In this document: positions 1 to 8,380 of the stretch, piece by piece
Layout of the letters: each line of letters opens with the position of its first letter
Numbering within the stretch: position 1 is the stretch's first letter
NCBI GenBank assembly: GCA_019747015.1
Contig: JAIERI010000148.1
Location: 1 to 58,048, forward strand
Length of the DNA: 58,048 bases
Reading direction: 5' to 3'
DNA from: Xanthobacteraceae bacterium
GTDB lineage: Bacteria > Pseudomonadota > Alphaproteobacteria > Rhizobiales > Xanthobacteraceae
The notes under the pieces: model-generated
What the model saw: only the letters and a program-made list of their open reading frames with translations
Told to the model about the DNA's origin: nothing
The model's database searches: none
Program-made: the position numbers and the translations under genes

Positions 1-588
1 AACAAGACCTTCGAGCAATATGTCGCCACCCGCGTCGGGCCGGGCCGCATCGCAACCGGCCGCGCCATGCTGCAGCGCCATGCCTCGCTGCTCTCGCGCA
101 TCGAGCAGCGCTTCGGCGTGCCGGCGGAAATCATCGTCGCGATCTGGGGGCTGGAGACCGATTTCGGCAAGGGCGACATGGGCAAGCTGCCGGTGTTTCG
201 CGTGCTCGCGACCATGGCGCATGATTGCCGGCGCACCGAATTGTTTCAGGGCGAGCTGATGTCGGCGCTGAAAATCGTGCAGCGCGGCGACCTGGCGTTG
301 TCCGACATGATCGGTGCTTACGCGGGCGAGATCGGGCAGACCCAGTTCCTGCCCTCCTCATATATAAAGTACGGCGTCGATTTCGACGGCAACGGCCATG
401 TCGATCTGCGCCATAGCGTGCCGGACGTGCTGGCCTCGACCGCGAACCTTCTGCACACCAACGGATTCAGGAATGGCGCCGACTATCACGAGGGCAGCGC
501 CAATTTCGATGCCATGCGCGAATGGAACAGGGCGACCATTTACCGCAAGACCATCGCTTATTTCGCCGACAAGCTGGCGGGACAATAG
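1..588 (+). CDS. lytic murein transglycosylase (MltB/SLT_2 family), 5'-truncated by the window edge
   Basis: Frame is open from base 1 (NKTFEQYV...). Motifs AIWGLETDFG, GEIGQTQFLPSSY and the EF-hand-like DFDGNGHVDL are typical of MltB-like enzymes. Confidence 0.9.
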   Translation, partial: NKTFEQYVATRVGPGRIATGRAMLQRHASLLSRIEQRFGVPAEIIVAIWGLETDFGKGDMGKLPVFRVLATMAHDCRRTELFQGELMSALKIVQRGDLALSDMIGAYAGEIGQTQFLPSSYIKYGVDFDGNGHVDLRHSVPDVLASTANLLHTNGFRNGADYHEGSANFDAMREWNRATIYRKTIAYFADKLAGQ

Positions 589-715
589 GTCTCGCCCTGA
601 CGAGTCTGGCGGGACGGTGAGGCGCGAGGGCGCATCTTTTGCTATGCGGCGCGCTTTAACCTGTTAGCGTTCGCTCTGGCCAGGGGCATCTGCCTTGTGG
701 CAACGGGAGGACGCG

Positions 716-862
716 ATGGCGAAGGGTAAGGACAAGGGCAACAAGGAAGCCAAGAAGCCCAAGGCGGACAAGAGCGGTCCGAAAGGCGGCGGCTCGGCCT
801 ACAAGCAGGCGCAGGGCAAGGGCGGCAGTTCTACGATCAGCACGTCCACGGGGAAGAAGTAG
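716..862 (+). CDS. 48-aa Lys/Gly-rich small protein (not in ORF track)
   Basis: GGGAGG RBS 5 nt before the ATG. Translates MAKGKDKGNKEAKKPKADKSGPKGGGSAYKQAQGKGGSSTISTSTGKK*, with GC-rich third codon positions. Confidence 0.75.
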   Translation: MAKGKDKGNKEAKKPKADKSGPKGGGSAYKQAQGKGGSSTISTSTGKK

Positions 863-954
863 TCAGAGCGAGAGCGCTGGCGCGAGTGCCTCGAAAAATA
901 ATCGGCCACGACCACGCCCCAATAATTCGATACACAATTCAATAAGAGACTATT

Positions 955-991
955 CAATAAAAGGCTCGGACGGAATGCATCCGCCCGAGCC
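955..991 (-). terminator. intrinsic terminator downstream of the 25-aa lysine-rich ORF
   Basis: Minus strand GGCTCGGGCGGA-TGCAT-TCCGTCCGAGCC hairpin followed by TTTTATT. Confidence 0.75.
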
Positions 992-1000
992 ATCGCAAAG

Positions 1001-1078
1001 CTATCTCTTCTTCTTGGCGGCCTTCTTCTTCTTGACTGTTTTCTTCGCCTTCTTCGCCTTCTTGGCTTTCTTCGCCAT
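1001..1078 (-). CDS. 25-aa Lys/Ala-rich, histone-H1-like micro-protein (not in ORF track)
   Basis: GAGGA RBS upstream, MAKKAKKAKKAKKTVKKKKAAKKKR*, and a terminator right after the stop. Confidence 0.75.
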   Translation of the reverse strand: MAKKAKKAKKAKKTVKKKKAAKKKR

Positions 1079-1302
1079 AACAATCCTCATTGGTTCGAGT
1101 TGAAATCAACGCCACTTGAGGCATGCTCGGCGGAGGGCCTGTCTTGCAGCCTCGAAGAGAATTCGAACCGATTCGCAACGGCTTGTCTTGGCCTGTTGAT
1201 AATTGTTCAGGGTTTTGTGACAGCGCGGCCATCGGCGAAAAGAGCCCACAGGACCGCGCGGCTCCCCCCAATGAAGCCTCAGGTGGCCTCGCCATCGCCC
1301 GC

Positions 1303-2886
1303 ATGCTATCCGAACGCCCCATGACAACCGTGACGCCTCCGATCAAGACTTCCACACCGTTCGACGCGCTCAATCGCGTGTGCGACCGCGTTCTGAATGC
1401 GGTGATCGGGACGCCGCGGCGCGCTTTCGTGTGGATCATGGTGATCTATGGCGGCCTGTGGTTCGCCGTCACCGCCAGCTTTCCCTCGATGCCGTTCGAC
1501 AGCTACGAGATGTTCCTGTTCGGCAAGGAAATGCAGTGGGGCTACTGGAAGCATCCGCCGCTCGAGCCGTTTTTGACCGAGATGGCGTATCGGCTCACCG
1601 GTGGCTGGATCCAGTCGCACTTCGTGCTGGCGATCGGATCGATCCTGCTGACCTTCTATTTCGTCTGGCGGCTGGGGCGCGAGATCGTCGGCGAGACGGG
1701 CGCCGTGATCGCGGTCGCGCTGAACATCCTGTGTTTCTACTTCACGCACCCGATCACGATGTACAGCCACAATGTGGGCCAGCTCCCGTTCTGGGCAGCC
1801 ACAGTCTATTTCTATCGCCGCGCCGTGCTCGGCAACGCGATGCGCGACTGGATCGTTCTCGGCGTTCTGTTCGCGTTGCTGCTGTATTCGAAATATGCCG
1901 GTGCGTTGCTGCTGATCGTGCTGGCGGGGCACATGTTACTCACCGCCGAGGGGCGGCGGCTGGTGTTCACACCGGGTCCGTGGTTCGCTGCCGTGCTCGG
2001 CGCGGTGCTGATGGTGCCGAATCTCGTCTGGCTGGTGCAGCACGATTTCATTCCTTTCACCTTCGCCTTCGACCGGACACCAGTGTTCGGGCTCGCTGCG
2101 CGCGCATTGGCCGCGATCAAGTTCGTGCTGTCGCAGATCGGCTTTCACGCGGCGCCGATTGTCATCCTCATTCTGGCTGCATTCCGTGTCGCGCCGTATC
2201 AGGGCGATCCGGTGGCGCTGGAGTTCAAGCGCCCGAGCGCGTTCGACCGTTCGCTGGTGCTCTCCACTGCGATTCTGCCGATCCTGATCATCGCGGTGCT
2301 GACGTTCATTGCCAGCACCGATCAGCGCTCGGAAATTGCCGGCTCGCTGGTCGCGCTGTCGGGTCTGGCGATGGTGGTGCTGTTGCCGCAGCGGCCGGTG
2401 CTGCGCTCGCCGCGGCTGGTGACGTTTTTGTGGATGGTTGCTCTGGTCGGCTTTCCCGTCGGCCAGGTCGTGTCGGTTTATGTGAAACCGTATTACGGCG
2501 GACTGATTGCAACTGCGATCTGGCCGGCGCGGGATCTCTCCGCCGCCATGGATGATATCTGGATGCAGCACACCGCCAAACCGCTGGACATTGTGACGGG
2601 TGATTATCCCAATGCCGGCATGGTCGCGCTCTATATCGAGCCGCGCCCGTCGGTTTTCATTGCCGCCGATTTCCGCAAGAGTCCCTGGGTCACGCCCGAG
2701 CGCTTGCAACGTAACGGTACGCTGGTGATGTGGCTCATGAGCCAGTACCCGAAGGCGGACGAACTGCCGCAACCCTACCAGGATGCGCTTGGCGGTCTGA
2801 AGGCGCAGTTCGGCACCTACGATCTGAAGCTGGGTTATAACGGCCGACACGAAACCTACGGTTGGGCGGTATTGTTGCCGCAATGA
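1303..2886 (+). CDS. glycosyltransferase family 39 / PMT-ArnT-like multi-pass membrane protein
   Basis: WGYWKHPPL motif, many hydrophobic helices, LLYSKY and PNLVW..HDF motifs. Start is 1303 or 1321. Confidence 0.85.
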   Translation: MLSERPMTTVTPPIKTSTPFDALNRVCDRVLNAVIGTPRRAFVWIMVIYGGLWFAVTASFPSMPFDSYEMFLFGKEMQWGYWKHPPLEPFLTEMAYRLTGGWIQSHFVLAIGSILLTFYFVWRLGREIVGETGAVIAVALNILCFYFTHPITMYSHNVGQLPFWAATVYFYRRAVLGNAMRDWIVLGVLFALLLYSKYAGALLLIVLAGHMLLTAEGRRLVFTPGPWFAAVLGAVLMVPNLVWLVQHDFIPFTFAFDRTPVFGLAARALAAIKFVLSQIGFHAAPIVILILAAFRVAPYQGDPVALEFKRPSAFDRSLVLSTAILPILIIAVLTFIASTDQRSEIAGSLVALSGLAMVVLLPQRPVLRSPRLVTFLWMVALVGFPVGQVVSVYVKPYYGGLIATAIWPARDLSAAMDDIWMQHTAKPLDIVTGDYPNAGMVALYIEPRPSVFIAADFRKSPWVTPERLQRNGTLVMWLMSQYPKADELPQPYQDALGGLKAQFGTYDLKLGYNGRHETYGWAVLLPQ

Positions 2887-2988
2887 TGCGAAACGGTTTG
2901 TGGTAACGCGGTGGTCGCAGGCAACTTGTACGGCGGCTGCGCGTACCTATCTGCACCCGGTTCGTTTCGCCGAAACCCAGGAACCAAG

Positions 2989-3552
2989 ATGTCGGACACG
3001 TTTTTCAGCCGCGCTCGCGCAGCCAACAAGCCTTCAGGAACATCGCGGCGCCCACCGCCGATTATCGATCAGGACGGCAATGAATTGCCGGGCGGAGGAT
3101 TTTTTGGCGGCGGCTTCAACAGTGCCGGCGGATTCAGGAACGCCGGGGGTTTCAGCGGCGCTGGTTTCGGCGGGGTATTCGGCAACATCGCGTTCGGCAA
3201 TCTGACTCGCGAACAGCGTTTCGCACGGCTAAATGCCCTCGCGCAGCTGCTCGATGTGGCCTTCGTCTTGCCGGGCACCAAGGTGCGCTATGGTATCGAT
3301 GGACTGATCGGCCTCGTGCCGGTAGTCGGCGATTTGCTCACCACCGCAATCCAGCTTTGGCTGGTGCGCGAGGCGCGCCAACTTGGCGCCCCGGCGCATG
3401 TGATCGCGCGGATGCTCGGCAATGTCGCGCTCGATGGTGTGATCGGCATCGTGCCGTTCGTCGGCGATGCGTTCGACGTCATGTTCCGCGCCAATATGAG
3501 GAACATGAAAATCCTGCGCCGCTGGATGGACAAGCAGCCGCAGCACACTTAG
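2989..3552 (+). CDS. DUF4112 domain protein
   Basis: LLD.AF.LPGT..RYGIDGLIGLVPVVGD and GIVPFVGDAFD..FRANMRN signature. Confidence 0.85.
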   Translation: MSDTFFSRARAANKPSGTSRRPPPIIDQDGNELPGGGFFGGGFNSAGGFRNAGGFSGAGFGGVFGNIAFGNLTREQRFARLNALAQLLDVAFVLPGTKVRYGIDGLIGLVPVVGDLLTTAIQLWLVREARQLGAPAHVIARMLGNVALDGVIGIVPFVGDAFDVMFRANMRNMKILRRWMDKQPQHT

Positions 3553-3586
3553 CGGTTTAGTGTTCCTGACGGTTTACGTTGAGATA

Positions 3587-3883
3587 TCAGGTCTCGGCGG
3601 ACTCTGACTGTTTCGCATCATCCGTCGGGGCGTCTTCACGCGGACGGCGCGGCAGGGGAAATTCGCTGCTTTCATAGAGCGAGCGGATGCCGCTCTGGTC
3701 GAAACGGGCTTCGTCGACCTGCAAATAAGCACCATTCAGTGAATCCGCCGGCAATTGCTCGATGGCGAACAGCACAGCTTCGGCGGCGGTGCCGAAACGG
3801 CGGTAGGCAAACCCGGCGCGCTTCTTCTTGCGGATCGCAGCAGGGAACAACTCGGCTTCGGTGTTGAAATTGAATGCCGCCAT
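3587..3883 (-). CDS. conserved hypothetical protein
   Basis: ORF from MAAFNFNTEAELFP with YRRF.TAAEA..FAIE..P and LQVDEARF, resembling a small rhizobial hypothetical family. Codon usage fits the genome. Confidence 0.75.
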   Translation of the reverse strand: MAAFNFNTEAELFPAAIRKKKRAGFAYRRFGTAAEAVLFAIEQLPADSLNGAYLQVDEARFDQSGIRSLYESSEFPLPRRPREDAPTDDAKQSESAET

Positions 3884-4163
3884 GGGTCTTGGCCTTTTTG
3901 CTGGGTCGCAGTCTTTTCCGCTTTCGAGACTGCTGTTGTGCGAAAGAACACGACGCGGGCGCGCAGGCCGCCAATGGGCCGTCAGGTGCCGTGTCGCTTC
4001 AGGACAGACCCTAATATAAGCTCTTTTTGGCGAAATGCGACATGCGAATGTCGTTTCGAATCGAGAACGGCGTCGCATGGCTAACTCGCGCCGCGGCCTG
4101 AAAAACCATGAATATCAAGGCCCTGACCAGCGGCGGCGGAAATCGACCGCAACTGGTCGGGAA

Positions 4164-4328
4164 TCAGAGTTTGCCGAGCAAAAGCAGGACAAGCAAAATC
4201 ACCAGCACGACGCCGACAATGCCCATGCCGCGGTTTCCGAAGCCATAACCACGTCCGCCGAACCGGCCGCTAAATCCGCCAAGCAAAAAGATAATGAGAA
4301 CGATAATGAGTATGAGCCCGAGCGACAT
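4164..4328 (-). CDS. DUF3309-family small membrane protein (54 aa, not in ORF track)
   Basis: GGGAGG RBS. MSLGLILIIVLIIFLLGGFSGRFGGRGYGFGNRGMGIVGVVLVILLVLLLLGKL* has two TM helices around a GYG loop. Confidence 0.85.
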   Translation of the reverse strand: MSLGLILIIVLIIFLLGGFSGRFGGRGYGFGNRGMGIVGVVLVILLVLLLLGKL

Positions 4329-4379
4329 TTAACCCTCCCGAAATGGCCCCCGGCGTGACGCCGGGGGCGCTTTAGGTTC

Positions 4380-4405
4380 AATCGCTGATGGAACGGATAA
4401 GTTCC
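4380..4405 (-). promoter_or_regulatory. EcfG/SigT-type general stress promoter for the DUF3309 gene
   Basis: GGAAC-N16-CGATT about 50 nt upstream of the ATG. Confidence 0.6.
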
Positions 4406-4427
4406 AAGAGAGGAACTTAAACTTCCT

Positions 4428-4847
4428 TCATTTCGGATCGAGCTTTAGCGCTGCCGAATTGATGCAATAGCGCAAGCCGTCGGGGCCAGGGCCGTCGTCG
4501 AATACGTGGCCGAGGTGGCCCTGACATTTGGAGCACAGCACCTCGGTCCGGATCATGCCGTGGCTGCCGTCGCGTTCTTCAGCGACCGCACTTTGCGACG
4601 CTGGCGCACTAAACGCCGGCCACCCGCAACCGGAATCGAACTTGTCGTCGGATGAAAACAGCGGCTGGCCGCACCCGGCGCACACATACGTTCCCGGATC
4701 GAACGAGTGATCGTACTCGCCGGTAAACGGACGCTCGGTCGCCTTCTCGCGCAGCACAGCATACTGCATCGGGGTCAATTCAGCGCGCCATTCCTTCTCG
4801 GATTTTTCGACCTTGCTCTGCGGAGCAGTCTGTTTGGTGTCTGTCAT
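4428..4847 (-). CDS. msrB: peptide-methionine (R)-S-oxide reductase
   Basis: [30 protein letters not shown] and RYCINS motifs; two CxxC zinc motifs. Confidence 0.97.
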   Translation of the reverse strand: MTDTKQTAPQSKVEKSEKEWRAELTPMQYAVLREKATERPFTGEYDHSFDPGTYVCAGCGQPLFSSDDKFDSGCGWPAFSAPASQSAVAEERDGSHGMIRTEVLCSKCQGHLGHVFDDGPGPDGLRYCINSAALKLDPK

Positions 4848-4859
4848 TACATCTCCTCG

Positions 4860-5597
4860 CTAATTGGTCGCCTTGTTGCTTGCGTCGCGCACCAGCACGG
4901 GCTTGTCGCGATAGCTGTCAGCGAACAGTTTTTTCAAATTCTCGACTTTGGGGATGTCGTTGAACGCAATATAGGGCTGGTTCGGATGAAGCGTCAGATA
5001 GTCCTGATGATAATCCTCGGCCGGATAGAAGCCGGTCATTGGTTCGATCGCTGTGACGATCGGGCGCTTGTACACCTTCGCGTCGTTGAGCTGGGTGATG
5101 TAGTCCTCAGTGATCTTCCTTTCCTCGGGCGAGGACGTAAAAATCGCGGAGCGATATTGCGTGCCACTGTCCGGGCCCTGGCGGTTCAGCTGCGTCGGAT
5201 CAGCCACCACGGAAAAGTAGATTTGAAGAATTTTTCCGTAGGAAATCTTCTGCGGATCGTAGGTGATCTTCACCGACTCCGCATGTCCCGTGGCGCCGCC
5301 GCTGACGGTCTCATAGCTCGCGGTGCTTTGCTTGCCGCCGGCGTAACCCGATACGGCCTGCACCACGCCATCGGTGTGCTGATACACGCCCTGGACGCCC
5401 CAGAAGCAGCCGCCGGCGATGACCGCCGTTTTCAGACCCGACTGCGTGTCGGTCGTTACGTCGGCTTTCGGCGGCGGGATGATGAATGGCTCTTCCGAGG
5501 CGGACGAGATTGTTGGAGCGATGGCGAACCATGTCAGCGCGACCGCGCCTGCGATAACGACGACCAAAGTCGCCCGGCTGTATGAGGTGCGGTTCAT
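4860..5597 (-). CDS. msrA: peptide-methionine (S)-S-oxide reductase with N-terminal signal/anchor
   Basis: GGCFWG, QGPDSGTQYRS and AEDYHQDY motifs; hydrophobic N-terminus. Confidence 0.97.
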   Translation of the reverse strand: MNRTSYSRATLVVVIAGAVALTWFAIAPTISSASEEPFIIPPPKADVTTDTQSGLKTAVIAGGCFWGVQGVYQHTDGVVQAVSGYAGGKQSTASYETVSGGATGHAESVKITYDPQKISYGKILQIYFSVVADPTQLNRQGPDSGTQYRSAIFTSSPEERKITEDYITQLNDAKVYKRPIVTAIEPMTGFYPAEDYHQDYLTLHPNQPYIAFNDIPKVENLKKLFADSYRDKPVLVRDASNKATN

Positions 5598-5664
5598 GGC
5601 AAACCTTTCATGCGGTTGTGATGATGGAAAGCTAGTTAGGCGCGGTGCGCCTGCACGCTCAAGA

Positions 5665-5690
5665 TACGCTTTTGGGCCGCTTTCGTTACA
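5665..5690 (-). promoter_or_regulatory. ECF sigma promoter upstream of msrA
   Basis: TGTAAC-N16-CGTA about 70 nt upstream of the ATG. Confidence 0.55.
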
Positions 5691-5813
5691 GCAAAAGCGG
5701 CACGAAATTGTGAGCGGTGCAGGGAATATCGGTCCGCCAGAATCCGGAAAAGCCGAGGCTCATACGCCCTGTGGAAGGCTTACTGGAGGCGATTGACTTT
5801 GAGAGGCTGCTAG

Positions 5814-5828
5814 GAACAAATAGGGAAC
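5814..5828 (+). promoter_or_regulatory. alphaproteobacterial LexA (SOS) box
   Basis: GAAC-AAATAGG-GAAC (GAAC-N7-GAAC) overlapping the -10 position of a TTGACT -35 at 5793-5798. Confidence 0.75.
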
Positions 5829-5865
5829 ATCGAATCGGAAGTCAAACACCCGGCGGAGATTAAAG

Positions 5866-6060
5866 ATGTTCGACGCAGTCATGCAAAACGATCTTGAACG
5901 ATACGACCGCGCTGTGGATAGCGCGATCGCCACCTGCGGCGGCGATATTCGCGGCGCGTTGAAGGCGCTGATTATCGCCAATGAGTTTCTGGAAGAAGAG
6001 TTGCGGCAGGCCCAATGCGCGGCGGAAGACAACGCGGTGCCGCGGCGAAACGTGGCTTGA
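5866..6060 (+). CDS. 64-aa hypothetical protein, putatively SOS-induced
   Basis: GGAG RBS; AVD.AIA.CGGD.RGALKALIIANEFLE pattern; LexA box upstream. Confidence 0.75.
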   Translation: MFDAVMQNDLERYDRAVDSAIATCGGDIRGALKALIIANEFLEEELRQAQCAAEDNAVPRRNVA

Positions 6061-6155
6061 GTTGGATTTGAAGTGGCTTGAGTGCACTTGGCATGAATTG
6101 GGAAGCGGACAGGCGGAGCGGAGGCCGTCTGTCCGCGAATGAATCATCGATACGC

Positions 6156-6530
6156 TTACGGGCAGCGATAGCGGACGCCGTTTGTGGCCAGATATGTGCC
6201 CGAGCGTGGATCGTAGGAGCGGAAGCGTTGCGCGCAATAGGCTGCGTTCTGGTTGGCCTGAGCCTGCGAAGCCGCGATGGCGCCACCGATAATCGCGCCT
6301 GCCGCAAGACCGATGGCGAGGCCGGCGCCGTTGCCGCCGCCGCCCCGGCGTCCATAGCCACGATGGCCATAACCGCGGCGGTAATATTGCGCGTTGGTGA
6401 CCTCGCTGACCGGCGTGGCCTTGGCGAGGCTGGCGGTGCTCATCAATGGAGTGGATGCCGCAGGCAGCGACGAGGTGAGTGTCGTTGAGCCGATGAGCAA
6501 CGTGGCGGCAAGAAGTCTCGCGGTTCGCAT
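6156..6530 (-). CDS. BA14K family protein
   Basis: Signal peptide, Gly/Arg/Tyr segment, GLAAGAIIGGAIA and YCAQRFRSYDPRSGTYL...G.RYRCP. Confidence 0.92.
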   Translation of the reverse strand: MRTARLLAATLLIGSTTLTSSLPAASTPLMSTASLAKATPVSEVTNAQYYRRGYGHRGYGRRGGGGNGAGLAIGLAAGAIIGGAIAASQAQANQNAAYCAQRFRSYDPRSGTYLATNGVRYRCP

Positions 6531-6701
6531 ATGCATTCCTTTGTCGTGAGATTGCGTCATGAGATTATAGAGTCATCAGCTTCGCATTGCGAAGTGTCAC
6601 GATCGTGGCATATGTCGATAAAGTCCGGTTTGAGAATACCTCTCGATGCCGCGCTGTTGTGTCGCGCTCGGATGCATCGCGGTGCGAATCGTGACGCTCA
6701 T

Positions 6702-7811
6702 TCACACCACGATGCTCAAACGTTTGGCGGCGCGGGTTATGCCGGTGTAAAGCCAGCGCGCGCGGCTGTCCTGAAACGCAAAGCTCTCGTCGAACAGCAC
6801 CACATCGTCCCATTGCGAGCCTTGCGATTTGTGCACGGTGAGCACGTAGCCGTAATCGAATTCGTCATAGGGCTTGCGCTGGTCCCAGGGCAGCGCCTCG
6901 ACGCCGCCGTTGAAACAATCGGAGCGCACCGACACCTTGGTCACCTTCGCGCCGAGCTCCTCATCGGGCGACAGCCGCATGGTGATGATTTTGGATTTCG
7001 ACTGCGCGCGCGATTTGACGCGCCACAGCCCGCCATTGAACAGCGCCTTCTTCCGGTTGTTGCGCAGACAGACCAGCTTGTCGCCGGCGACCGGCAGCGC
7101 GTCCTCGATGCCGTTCTTCTGGCGCACCCGCATGTTGTAGGCACGGCGCGTGTTATTGCGTCCCACCAGAATCTGATCGGCGGTCATCACCCGGTCGGGA
7201 TCGAGCGCGTCGCGCCGCACCACCTCGCTGTCGCCGAATGTGCCGAGATCGAGTGTGCCGCCCTCGCGCACCGCCATCGACATCCGCACGATGGGGTCGT
7301 CCTGCGCCTGGCGATGCACTTCGGTCAGCATCGCATCCGGCTCGGCTTCGGTGAAAAAACCGCCACCCTGGATCGGCGGCAATTGCGCGGGGTCGCCCAG
7401 CACCAGCAGGGGGCAATCGAACGAGAGCAGGTCGCGCCCGAGATCGGCGTCCACCATCGAGCATTCGTCGATCACGATCAGCTTGGCCTTGGAGGCCGGG
7501 GCGTCGTCCCACAATTCAAAATTCGGCTGTTCCTCGCCGGATTCGCGGGCGCGATAGATCAGCGAATGGATCGTCGAGGCGCCGTCGCAACCTTTGTTGC
7601 GCATCACCAGCGCCGCCTTGCCTGTAAAGGCCGCGAATTTCACCTCGCCGTCCACGGCTTCCGCGATATGGCGCGCCAGCGTGGTCTTGCCGGTGCCGGC
7701 GTAACCGAACAGACGGAACACCTGTGGCGTGTTGCCACGGCCGGGCTTGGCTTTCAGCCAGTCGGCGACCGCGGCGAGGGCCTTGTCCTGATGAGGCGTG
7801 AAGATGGTCAT
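6702..7811 (-). CDS. ATP-dependent RecD-like (SF1B) DNA helicase
   Basis: Walker A GYAGTGKT, IVIDECSM, LGDPAQLPP, LTEVHRQ, TVHKSQGSQW and YTGITRA motifs. Confidence 0.92.
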   Translation of the reverse strand: MTIFTPHQDKALAAVADWLKAKPGRGNTPQVFRLFGYAGTGKTTLARHIAEAVDGEVKFAAFTGKAALVMRNKGCDGASTIHSLIYRARESGEEQPNFELWDDAPASKAKLIVIDECSMVDADLGRDLLSFDCPLLVLGDPAQLPPIQGGGFFTEAEPDAMLTEVHRQAQDDPIVRMSMAVREGGTLDLGTFGDSEVVRRDALDPDRVMTADQILVGRNNTRRAYNMRVRQKNGIEDALPVAGDKLVCLRNNRKKALFNGGLWRVKSRAQSKSKIITMRLSPDEELGAKVTKVSVRSDCFNGGVEALPWDQRKPYDEFDYGYVLTVHKSQGSQWDDVVLFDESFAFQDSRARWLYTGITRAAKRLSIVV

Positions 7812-7982
7812 GGTGCCGTGCGAAGCATGCGAGGGAAAACGTGGATAGCTGAATCGACGTCCGCCGTATGCAGGAATATGCGTCATCGCGACAATTTCAT
7901 TGCCTTCGGCGAAACTTCTATTCGCCATCGCGCGGCAGCGTCTTTATATCTTGGATGGAGAAGCAGCTTTGCGGGACGGCAC

Positions 7983-8375
7983 ATGGAACGAATATGTCTT
8001 CAGGTGGGAGTGGCGCTGACCGCGGCGATCCTTTTGTTCGTCGGTCTCTCGGGCGTGCTGCTTGGCGTCAAGTTCCTGCATGGCACCGAGAGCGCTTCAG
8101 TGGACAATTATTTCCGGTTCCTGTCTGCCATGGCCGCCGGTATGGGCGTGATGTATCTGCGTGCGATTCCGCATGTCGAGCGTCACGGCGAATGCATCAG
8201 CACCTTGACCTTCCTGATTTTCATCGGCGGGCTGGCGCATCTCTATGGCTTTACCTTGAGGCCGACACCGACTGTTGCGACGCTCTGTGCTTTGACCATG
8301 TCATTGATCGTCGTGCCATTGCTCTGGCTTTGGCAGCGCCGCGTCGCGCGCGGTGCCTCGCTCCGTTCGAGCTGA
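7983..8375 (+). CDS. DUF4345-like membrane protein
   Basis: Four hydrophobic segments, DNYFRFLS, FIGGLA and PLLWLWQRRVA motifs. Confidence 0.75.
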   Translation: MERICLQVGVALTAAILLFVGLSGVLLGVKFLHGTESASVDNYFRFLSAMAAGMGVMYLRAIPHVERHGECISTLTFLIFIGGLAHLYGFTLRPTPTVATLCALTMSLIVVPLLWLWQRRVARGASLRSS

Positions 8376-8380
8376 ATGTG

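Noticed and set aside
799-1083. 94-aa Arg-rich ORF (MLWRRKPRRRR...) and the overlapping 954..1439 ORF
   Set aside because: They are alternative frames of the AAG-rich 25-aa ORF. They lack an RBS and run through the terminator.
4031-4058. Hairpin CGAAA-TG-CGACAT-GCGA-ATGTCG-TTTCG as a possible sRNA
   Set aside because: It is a single short stem with no supporting promoter and terminator pair.
6531-8375. 614-aa + strand ORF
   Set aside because: It is the antisense shadow of the helicase joined in frame to the real DUF4345-like gene starting at 7983.
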